64,000 nucleotides of DNA from Camelus dromedarius (Eukaryota), in assembly GCF_036321535.1 (NCBI RefSeq), contig NC_087436.1:62312001-62376000 (forward strand). The letters run 5' to 3'. Numbering within the stretch: position 1 is the first letter of the stretch; each line of letters starts with the position of its first letter. Below, piece by piece: positions 53,285 through 64,000 of this stretch. The notes below the pieces were generated by a model that was not told the origin of the DNA, did not search any database, and saw only the letters and a list, made by a program, of their open reading frames with translations. The translations under genes were made by a program, and so were the position numbers.

Positions 53285-54536
53285 AAAATGGGTAATTTGA
53301 TGTAGCTAAGTATGTGATATGAAATAAAATAATTTTATGCCTGACGGACTTTTTTTATAAAAAGGAGAAAAGTACATTTACTAAGTCAAGGAGGTATGCA
53401 GTGGCTTTAGGGACTTGAAGAAAATACGTATTTTAAAAATTATTTTTAACAAAATTTATTTATATTGCTATTTATTTTCAGAATCTTAATGTAGTCTGAT
53501 TTGTTTCTTTATATAATCTTTTTAAAGTATAACAAACGCAATGACATGCATACATCAAATTAAAAATTTGGAATAAAATACCACTATTACTGTTGAAATT
53601 GAAAGATAAAATTTTAAATACAAGTGGGTAAACTTATTCTTTCTCTTATGGGTGAAATTTGGGGAAGATGGAGGAATTGAATCAGAATCATCAATCACTG
53701 CAGGAGTATTTCTATAACTAATCAGTTTAGATTTTCATTTGTAGAACTGCTAGCCATGGAGCATGGTCAGAAATCATTCAGTTTACGTAATTATTCATCA
53801 GTGACATGATATCTATGTTTGATTAAGTTAAAAAAATCTCTCTTGCTTCCTGATTGAAAATATGCTCTAAGACATATTGAAAGATGCCATGACTCTATTC
53901 TAATGAAATTCTTAGCAAAGTGAAAAGGGGAGAAAAGCGGGAAGAGTGGGCAAAGTATCTCTTCTCAGAATAACTTTTAGTTTTGTATTTGTATTTTTAA
54001 CCTAAAAGGAATATATCAAAATACAAATGAAAAAATGTATCAAATAGAGTTCAAAAAATATTTTGTAGAATAAGATAAAAATTGTTCAGATTTTATTTAC
54101 TGCCAAGAAATCTCCTAAGTAGATTTACCAATTTGTGTTCCTATGAGCTTTTTGAATGTTACCTTTACACCACATCCTTGTCAATGTATATTATGACCCA
54201 ATTTTTTGTATTTTATTTTAAATATAATGGGTATAACTTATGTCAGTCACATTAGGATAGTAATTTGCATTTTAGACACATAATGATATTGAACATGTTT
54301 TCATTTTGTGTTACCTCTTGTGAGTTGCTTATTTACATATCCCATCCATTTTGGTATTTGTTGATTTATAGTTTTTATTGACTTTTAGAAGTATTTTTTT
54401 TTAATATTCCCTGGTTATTAATGTGATACAATTATCTTCTCCCAATATATAACTTATATTTTAATTTTTATGTTTTTCTTTGATAAGTATAGATATTTAA
54501 ATTTTATATAGAATTTAGAAATGTTTTCCCTTAAAG

Positions 54537-54610
54537 CAGTGGGCCTGAAAATTGCCTGTAAATTAGTATTGCCTGAGGAACTTTTAAAGAATATTACGTA
54601 GGCCCCAGCT
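54537..54610. mobile_element. MER5-like hAT fragment
   Basis: cagtgggcctgaaaattgcctgtaaattagtattgcctgaggaacttttaaa resembles a MER5A terminus. Confidence 0.4.
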
Positions 54611-54619
54611 AAGATAAAT

Positions 54620-55100
54620 ATCCTAAAAGGTTTATCTATTTTATTAGTCTTCCTGGTACAAAATGTTTTGCTTTATTGATTCTCTGTATTAGAAATATAT
54701 ATCTCATTTCATTAATTTCTGCTCTCATGTTTATTTTCTTACTACTCCTTTTTTTGTATTTTCTTGTTCTTTTTCAGCATTAAGTTGGTTGCTTAGTTCG
54801 TTAATTTTAGCCTTTATTTTAAATTACTAAAAACATTTAAAGTTATAACTGGCTTCTAATATTTAATGTTAAGTTTATCCCACAATTATTGATACAAAAT
54901 TTTCATTATTGTTTGTATAGAATAGAATATTGTTCATATATATTATGAAAGCTTAATTATACTTTCATCCATTAGTAATTAAATTTGCTTCTAATTAATA
55001 TATGCATAATCTGAGACATTGTTAAATACTTTTTTAATTCTTAAAAGTGTGAATGATTTTAAGTATTTTTTGTTTTTTATTTTCTGACTTAATTGCAATT
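54620..55100 (-). mobile_element. Ancient L1 ORF2 antisense fragment
   Basis: ggtttatctattttattagtctt...ctttattgattctct...ttcattaatttctgctctc...tttctgacttaattgca. Confidence 0.6.
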
Positions 55101-56209
55101 TAACATCAATGCTCTTTTTTTTTTTTTTGGTGATTTGATAAAAGCCAAATCATCAGCTTTGTTATTAATAGGCAGTATTTGGAGGATATAATTTGATGTG
55201 AGAGCCAAATAGGTCAGCTGTCAGGCAGACTGGAACAAATTATGTACATATTTTACTTTAGCCTTATGAAAAAAAATAGGTACACAATATATGCTCTCAC
55301 TGGACATACTGGTCCCTAAGAGAAAGAAAAATGATGGAGTTAAGCTAAGCATGCTATCTTCCTAAATTTCTTAAGCAGTCCTTTCACTCTACTTTCCCAT
55401 TAAGCTCCCTTGACAGAAAGGAATTAGCAGTAGAGAAGAAATTTTCCCTAATAACTTCCCCTAAATTTTGTTCCTAACCCACTGGGATTAACCTTTAAGA
55501 CCAAAGATGGGGCTCTACCCTTTTGAGGCTGAGCTCAACAATTTATGGGACCAGTGCAACTCCCACCTTCATACACTTCAGTATCAGTCACCGCTCTCTG
55601 AGACATCCTTCTATGGCTGGTAATAGAAGTTTAGGAGCTGCCTATAAAACTCAGATGTGAGTTAAACAAAATAGTGTATTGATTAACTCAAATATAAACC
55701 CATGTTTACTTTCTACAATATAAATGTAAGCCCGTTTCTATTTGACATCCCAAATTATGTACAGCCACGTTGTCCACAATAACATGTAAGAGGTTCTACA
55801 ATATGATTTTTAAGACAAAAGACACTCCAATGATAAAATGCTTAGAAGAGAAAGATTTTGAAACAGTTCCCCTAATATCAATTTTTCAAGGAGAAATTAA
55901 AACACAATTAAATTTCTTGTGAGTTTAAATACAAAAACACCAATGTTCAAATAATTAAAATCCTGAATTATTTTTTTTTTGCCCTTGTGTTCAATCTCTA
56001 TAATTCTTATTTAAGTTCAACATATTTCTTTAAATCACTCATGTTCTCAGTGTCAGTCAGATGTATTCTGAATGCCTAGGTTGATTTGTGATTTTTAGCA
56101 GCTGCAGAGTAGATTGTTTTACACTGAAATGTGTGTTGTCATTTCAAAGTTTTAGGGTGCATAATGCCAAGTGTCTGACACACCTTAAATTTTCAAAAAG
56201 TTACTGAGC

Positions 56210-56390
56210 CTTCCCCTTTATATCTTTGCTTTCCTTTCCCCCACCCTTATTCTCCCTCCTCTTGGTTCTGTTCCATTCTGTCTCCTTTCTTTTGCTTTCC
56301 TTTCTTTTTCTTCCGATCTCTGTGTTCTTCCTTTCTCTTCTGTCCATTTCCCTTCCTCCTTTCTCAGATTCTCCTTTCCCTTACCTTCCC
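56210..56390. repeat. CT-rich polypyrimidine low-complexity tract
   Basis: ~180 bp strongly dominated by C/T on the + strand. Confidence 0.8.
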
Positions 56391-57484
56391 AGAACAACAG
56401 TGTCAGCAAAATCTCTGAGAAAATGGACAGTGAGCGGGGTTTGGGGAGTCATGCTGAGGCATGGGTCAACAGTTCTGAAGGTCAGGGGTGTAAGATGAAG
56501 ATGTGGTTGGCCAAAGAGATGGTGTAGTTGGGATTCAAATAGAAATATATCATTACCTTCAAATAAAATGACTCATTATTTGATAGCCTTTCTGTAGTTC
56601 ACTAGTAAAATCTTGGTCATTTTTCATCCATTCTCCCTACTTCTGATAATGTCGTTATTTTAAAATGCATAACGAAAGTGTCACTCTGCTTCAAAAACAA
56701 TATTACTTGCTCTGAGAGCCTGCCCTGTGCTATCTTTATGCTACCTTCATCTCAGCCAGGTGGAAGATGGAGGATGTGAGAAATTTTGTGATATCTTCAC
56801 TTTGTGCAGACATCCATAGCACCAGCCTAATATTACATGGCAAATATTTGCTTTCATATTTTCTTCTTTATATACAATGTTAAGTAAGTTGTTTCATTTT
56901 GCACCTTGTGAGATTACTACTGCCTAATGCATGTGTGTGTTGTTGGTCTATAGTAATTCAGTAATCTAAAATCTTTAATTAACTGTCTAAAAGGAGTTAA
57001 CCTGCACTTTAAATGGAGCCTTAGAATAGATATAACATGAATGAATGATTTATTAGAACAGATAAGATCCTTGAGTCACTACAGAGCATCCTCAGTAACA
57101 GGTGGAAATTTCATGTAACTGGTTCTGTGAAAAGAAATGGAATCTTTAATTTGTCTTTATAAGTGCCATTGAAAGGAGAAAGTTAAATCTCAAAATACCA
57201 GACTTGCTTGTCCTTTTGACATCTTACTTTTATTACTAGACAAGTCTAGGGATAAAGTTAACCAATAATTAAGAATTACTTTCCTACTCTTATGCTTCAA
57301 ATATTTAAAAGAATAATGGGAATTAGTTTATACATGTTTCAATACTAATAGTTTTCATGAGTGATCCCATAGCACGTGATGATAGATGATAGCAATAGAT
57401 AATGAATAGATAGATGAATAGCTAGACTTAGATATGCATGTATACACTATATATTATATGTGTTTATATATAACCTTTTTTATG

Positions 57485-57620
57485 CTTGTAAGAACCTTTT
57501 AAGAGAGATAATATTATCATTGCTTTGTAAGTGAGGAAGCAGATTCACAGAGGTCATTAGAACTATTAATATGTAGATGTGAGATTCACCCAGCACTGTT
57601 TCCAGAGCACATTTACTCAA
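57485..57620 (-). mobile_element. MIR remnant
   Basis: attatcattgctttgtaagtgaggaagcagattcacagagg. Confidence 0.5.
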
Positions 57621-59209
57621 ATATAAATAATATCATAATGCTTACTGGGAGGAAAAAAAAGAGAAACCATTTTTGAAAAAACATTTTTAAAATCATTAAA
57701 AAAAGGAACCATTATAAAAAAAAAACCTTGACATGATAGAATAAAATGCTTTAAAAAGGAAATCAGCTTAAATCCTGTCTTAGGACATTGTTTTAATTAA
57801 ATGTAAACATTTTAGAAATTAATGGTACACTTATGTGTGAAAAACACAAATATAAAACAAACAAATCATATAACTTTCAGTGAAGCAATACTTATTGGAT
57901 GCATGAATTTCAATTTCTGTTTAATGATTCCACTTTTATTATATTTCAAAAGGCTAATTCAGGTCAATTTAGAAGGAAATGCATCTGTAGGTTTTTTTAT
58001 TTTTTATTGTTATTGGTGGTGGTGGTTAGGATTTGGAGAGAGAGTAGGGATGGATTGACATAATTATTTAATAAAATTTTAAATAGTTACTTTTTATTCT
58101 CTTTAACTCAGAGACTCATAAAATCTGTTTTGTCTTGGAATGATACCTAGTTATTTGTTCTTACCATAACTATGTTCTACGGAAAACACATCATAATAGA
58201 GAACATTTTAGAACACTAACACATTGGATCACTCTAGCATTTTGCATATATGATCACAGCATTCAAGAGCAAAAAGAAGCTGAGGGAAAATAAAGTTCTG
58301 AGTTATTCATAAAAGTCCATCCTCAAATTATCTTTTTAGTAAATTCTATAATGAACATACACTAGAAGCATTTCAGAAAGATGGAGAAACAGTATTAACA
58401 CTTCTATAAAATATATACTTATAATAAATATCTAAGAAAATTTCATAATATAAAGATAAAACTTTCTCTATGAATAAGCATATGTGAGAATTCCATGAAT
58501 CAAAGACTAATTATTATAATCCAAGTTTTATGTTAGATAAATCAATAAATAGTATTACAAAGCAAAAGAAAATACATCAAAATGTTTATAGTTAAGTTGT
58601 TAACATAATATAATTAAACACCATATTTATGCATAGTTAACACTAGTTTTCTGAAATTTGAAAGGTAATGAAAAATGTTTCTGTGTCTAATAAAAAGGTG
58701 AAAACTTGTTAGTGGCCCCATAGGTTCTAATTACTTAGGATAAATCTAAAGAAATTTTGGAATCTGAAAATATTGGGTTATGCCTTATGAAGTTGTTATA
58801 GCCAAAATTTTTGACTTTCAAAAACTGCTTTTCATATGGTCCAAACTAATAGAATCTGAAGTATGAAAAGAAATCTCGGCTAGTTCCAAAGAGACGTTTG
58901 TTTGTTTAATTATTTTCTGAACTCACTCCAATCAAGCTAGAGATGGAGAATATTGAAAACAAGCCTCTGTGTTTATAGGAAAAGAAAAGAGAATAACCTG
59001 CAGAAATTTTCATTTTCCTTCTAAACCTTAGCTTCATTGATTCAAAATACTGAAGTTTAGATTCTGCATATCTGGTGTGGAATATGAACCTGTGTTGGGG
59101 TACAATTATAAAAATCAGGCTTGAGTTTTGGTTCTTCACACAAACTAAATATGTTTACAGAGTTATTAAGGTCATAAGTGAAGGCTACTACTAGCATTTT
59201 CTCTTTTTT

Positions 59210-59211
<2 letters not shown>

Positions 59212-59241
<30 letters not shown>
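59212..59241. repeat. poly(T) run (~29 nt)
   Basis: Seen directly in the sequence. Confidence 0.9.
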
Positions 59242-59244
<3 letters not shown>

Positions 59245-59269
59245 TTGACAATTTCTTCCACTAATTTGG

Positions 59270-60050
59270 GTGCATAACTTCTGGATAAATTCTTCAATTT
59301 TGTTATTTTTTTCTATCATCATAGCATCTGTTTGATTATTTGTTCTTTCTGGGAAGTTTTTAAATTTGTCTTCCAATATTATACTGACATTTTCTTTGTT
59401 ACTTTCAAGTTTCTTTTTGTTTGTTACAAGAAGATCTATATTTTAAGAGACCCCTTCTCAAACATCCATTCTTTCATGATATATTTTGTAATTTTTGAAA
59501 TTAATAAATGCCTCAATTTTTTCTTAGATTTCTCTGTGCTCATTTTAATTTTTTCCCTGACAATTTTACAGACTCTCACAGTCATTCTGAGACTTCCCTT
59601 TGAAATCATCGTAATACTAACATTTCATATTTTCTGTGTTGATTCCTCTGTTTCTGGGGAACAATGTCTCCTCTTTTTTTGTTTGCTCCTCTATTTTGAT
59701 GAAGAAGATAATTCAATAAAGTTCTAAGAAATGGTAGTTGGGATGTGTATTTTCTGAGAAATTTAAAGTCTGAAAATAATCTCATTCTATTTTCATATTT
59801 AATATATAGTATGTCTGGGTATAAAATTCCAGTTTGGAAATCACTTTTAATCAGAATTTTGATGTTTCTAGCTTCCAATACCATTGTTAAGAAGAAGAAT
59901 GTTCATTTCTGGTCAATCCATTGGTTGAGATGATTTGTGTTCAAATTTTGTGGATTTTTATGATTTACTTTTTTATTTAAGTTGTTTTGAAATTTTATCA
60001 TGATGTGCCTTGGTTACATCATTTTAAAATCTATTGCTACTGGTTTTTCC
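59270..60050 (-). mobile_element. Ancient L1ME/HAL1 ORF1-like remnant
   Basis: Minus-strand ORF 59606-59884 contains DFQTGILYPDILYIKYENRMRLFSD, resembling the L1 ORF1 C-terminal QPRILYPAKLSFK motif. Confidence 0.6.
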
Positions 60051-63000
60051 TACCTGCTTTTAAATTTGTTGACTCATACTATTTAGATTTATTTGGTCTA
60101 TGCCTTTTTAGTCTCCTGCAGGGTGAGGAAGAGAGTAGCTGTGTGATTTGCTCTTTGGTAGATATCTAAAAGTGGAAAGACAAGTGGTGAGAAACATAAA
60201 TTTCTAGAAATTCCTTGATTATGCCCTGCAGCAATTTTGCTGTTCTAGCTGTCCACTATATGCCTACTTTCTATAATTAATATCTATTGCTTTCAGGTCA
60301 TTGTGGTTACTCAAGTTCTATAAAGTTGCCATCACTTCATTTCAATAATTATCTTTATTAGGAGGAAGTTTTATCTAGGCACCCTGCACCACACTAAGGC
60401 AATTACTACTCATTTACCTCCTCTCTCTCCAATATATATTGAAAATTAAAATTATTTTTATGTAATCATGTTTATTAAGACATATATGTTAAATACACTA
60501 AAATGCACACATTTAAGAGTATAGTTCAATGACTTTTTAAAAATACATACTGTCAGGTAACAACCATTGAAACAATACTTAGAATATTTTTATCATCTTA
60601 GATGTGCCTTTTGTGGTAAAGTACTCCAACCAAACATAAGTAATCACTGATCAGTTTTATATCACTGGTTTTGTCTGTTTTAGAAAATAATAAAGTTCTA
60701 TATTCTGCACTCTTTTTAATCTGGTTTATTTTGCAAAGCAGAATGTTCTTGAGACATGTCCATATTGTATATATATTGGTAGTTCATCAATGAAACTATT
60801 AAAAAAATTAAAGATCCTTTTCATGTCATCAGAATAGGGGTATGTACTGGATTATTCCCATTCTCCCCATTATATAAACAATTTCCAAGATCCTAAAGGA
60901 AACAATAATCTGGAACATTAGAGAATATATTATATTACTACTTTTCGTGATTCCTTTTCCTAGATTTGTTTCAAGATGTGGTAAAAGATTCAAAAAGTAT
61001 GTCCAACACATTCTGTTGTTTAATTAACCTGAGTATGATTGATTTGTAACAAAGGCATTTGAGTATGTGTAAAACATATCTTTTCATCACTGTGAATTCA
61101 TTGTTATTTTTACTGACGCAATATTGAAAATCTTGAAGTGTATAATACTCTGCACTTGACAAAAAGGTTTTGGTAAGAAATCTACTTCTACCAGGTTTCA
61201 AAATGCAAATCTTGGCTGTGATAAAGTTTCTTTCATCAATCGCTGAGAAAACAAAGGGTTAATTTCACACTGGGCACAATTTTAGGGGGACAGTAATGGA
61301 GTCACTGTTTTTGTAGTATGAGGTATCTGGTTTTTTTGCATTGGCTTGGGAAACAGGTACCCTGGATTCTAGACCATGTTCTTCTAACATTTTCTAACCA
61401 GATGAACCCGAGAAAGCCAGTTAAACTCTCTAATTTTAAATTTAAAAACAGACAGTATGGTATATGACCCATTACTTTTTATCCTCTCAAATTTTTTTTT
61501 TTTTATTTTTTAGGTTTTGATTAACTTCATGGTTTAAGAGAGATTTATATTGAGAAAAAACTAAAGGTATTTCCTTGACAGAAAAATGGTGGTAGGTGAT
61601 AAGGGAGAGAAGGCAGTTGGAAGACAGAAATAATTTATTCAGGGATAAAAATGTTACAATTTTAAATATGATGAATAACAACAAAATAGCCTAAAATATG
61701 GAAATGATGGAATTTCTTTTGTAACCTGGCAGAGTTTCTAGGAAACAATTTAAAGAATAAAGTGAAATTATTTGAATTGCACTACAAATGAACTCATAAC
61801 TATTACCGATTAATGAGGTTTTAAACTGACTATGCACTTCTTTTTACCATTAAAGTAGTTTATAACCTTAATAGTGAAGCCCAATTGATTTGAAAATATA
61901 GGGAGCTGTATTTGATGTTCCTTATTTAGCTTCAGCTTTGCAGTGTGTTATTCAAATAACAGACTACAACAATAGATAAAATTTAGATTGAAGTTAGTAA
62001 AAAAAACTACCATCTACCACTAAGATCAGTTTTCTAAAATTCTATACTTTTTATGGTTTACAGCATACCCAATATTTGGTTGGAAGCAGTGAATATTTCC
62101 CAGATAAAATTATTTTCCCTAACAGATAAGAAGGAAGTATCTTACACAGCTTAAATTACCATACAACCACTTATTTATGTATTGACTTTTACATTTTTGT
62201 TACATTACTTTGTTTCTTTAATTGTTAGTCTATTATGAATAAGTAATGAAATTCAGCTCATAAAACTTACATATAAAGTTATTACTCCTAATAGCCTAAA
62301 TTTGCATTTTTTAATTATTCAGGTTGCTTACAAATGTAAATGGCATTTTAAGTATTAATGATATTGATATGACGACAGTGCAATTTTTTCCAAAGAAAAC
62401 ATCCTATTTATTTACAGGATAAGAAATGAGTACTTTCAAAGCATTTGTGGGTGTTTAAATGTAAAGATCTCATGTGCACGTGAAAGATTCATCAAGTATA
62501 TCTTATAAGAGATGAATGCATTAACACTTCACAGAGGATTATTTACTTGAATAATTATTTCATTTCTTTTTTCAATAAATTAAAACTTTTTTCTCTCTTA
62601 AGGACATTTACTTAGAAAGGCAATTTGGCCATTGAAGGGATATTTGCATAACAAAGAAATAACTCTATTGAAGTAAATTAAAATAATCTCAGATGTGATT
62701 TCCTCATATCAAATTTGTAATTTAACAATATTCAACTGCACTGTGTCAAGAAGTTACATTATGCAAGATTATCTGAGTGGGTACTAGTTAAAGCACTATT
62801 ACAGTGGTCCAATTAAAAGACGATTAAACTATGATTATGGCAATAGGAATGGTAAGGTGTGTGGATTAAAGAAATGATCAAGGAATGAATCCATACTACT
62901 TGCTATATAAGAGAAGAGTAAAAAAAAGGAAGATTTAGAAGAATACATCTAGATTTCTGAGTTGGGCAATAAAGTGGCATCACTCCCTGAGACAGTAAAC

Positions 63001-63097
63001 ACTGAGAAATACTAGGTTTGGGGGGCACAATTATGTTTTTAAGACCTGTTGAATTTGAAGTATTTTTGAAGCATCAAGGAAGTTTGTCTGGTTTCTT

Positions 63098-63144
63098 AAG
63101 AATAGTTTAGACCAAAAAAAAAAAAAAAAAGAATAGTTTAGACC
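63098..63144 (+). mobile_element. Solitary poly(A) retro-insertion flanked by a perfect 16-bp TSD
   Basis: aagaatagtttagacc (63098-63113) + A15 + aagaatagtttagacc (63129-63144), target ctt/aaga. Confidence 0.85.
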
Positions 63145-64000
63145 TATTGATATATATTTGAGAAACATGTGCATGAGTTAACTTACCTACGAAGAGAATA
63201 CAAAGTGTTAAAAAAAAAAAAAAAAGAATCTACAGAAGTATTTTGAAGAACTAGCTGCGTTATTACATCAGAAGCCAAGTGGAGAAAAAGTAGTAGGTTA
63301 AGGAGATTGAGGACAAATAACCAGAGAAGAAAGAGACACTTCAAGAATTCAAAACCATATGTGGTAAAAATAAAAATAGATAAAAGGTAAAATGCAAATC
63401 TTCTGATAAAGCCAAGTTTGAGCTTTATCACTGAAAGCTTCTGAGCCATCTGCTGATCACTGAATCATTAGAAATAATTGTACCACTGGAAGCAGGGGAG
63501 TCCATGATGATAAGGTTGCAATTGACCTTGAGTGTTAAAGATGAGAAGAAGTTTGCCTACATGGCAAGGTGTGAAAACAATTTAAGAGGAAAGAACAGCA
63601 TGTACAGGGGCATAGGCTGGAAAGGACAAGATCAAGACGCAGATTAATGACAATGGATGTGGTTTGGGTGTAGGTTGTGAAGAATTAGGTGTCAGAAGTA
63701 TCATAGCACCCACCACCTTACCATCAAAGTGATGGAAACATTAACATCTAAATCATTATTTCCTCCTTTGTCCCCTAGTAGAATACATGCAGTTAATAAA
63801 GTGATGGCTCTTCCTTTCTTACATGTTTTTAAATAAAAGTTCCACACTTTTTCCAAAGTATAGTTTCTTGAAAATATTCATCATTCAGACATTACATATT
63901 GACTGGCTAGATTGTGTTCATGATCAACTACCATTGTAAAATTTGGTATCTTCATATGTATTTAAAGGTGGCCAGATAGAGGCTTTTCAACTACATTATA

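Noticed and set aside
56218..56498. Lys/Glu/Arg-rich and Leu/Phe/Ser-rich ORFs
   Set aside because: They are translations of a CT-rich low-complexity tract.
59200..59250. Long poly(T), and the poly(A) at ~38061-38077, as possible solitary retro-tails
   Set aside because: No convincing flanking TSD, unlike 63098-63144.

Overview
AT-rich, repeat-dense eutherian mammalian DNA. The young L1 3' ends resemble those I associate with camelids/cetartiodactyls, but this assignment is recall-based and tentative. I find no recognisable host protein-coding exon, RNA gene or CRISPR array. Nearly all ORFs in the track are L1 ORF1/ORF2 fragments, their antisense shadows, or chance ORFs. The main feature is a full-length ~7.24-kb LINE-1 on the minus strand (20559-27796). 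It has a perfect 15-bp target-site duplication (TSD), a CpG-rich ~1.8-kb 5'UTR carrying a 117-bp tandem repeat, a disrupted ORF1, a long ~0.4-kb inter-ORF spacer, and a disrupted ORF2 (endonuclease, RT with YADD, CCHC). Around it lie about nine 5'-truncated young L1 3' ends, almost all on the minus strand, and a solitary poly(A) insertion with a 16-bp TSD. Older L1M, L2, MIR, MaLR-like and hAT relics and microsatellites fill the rest. I do not see a convincing novel biological system. The best leads concern the architecture of this lineage's L1 and a possible + strand host transcription unit implied by L1 orientation bias. Family names for the ancient repeats come from recall of consensus sequences, not from a database search.
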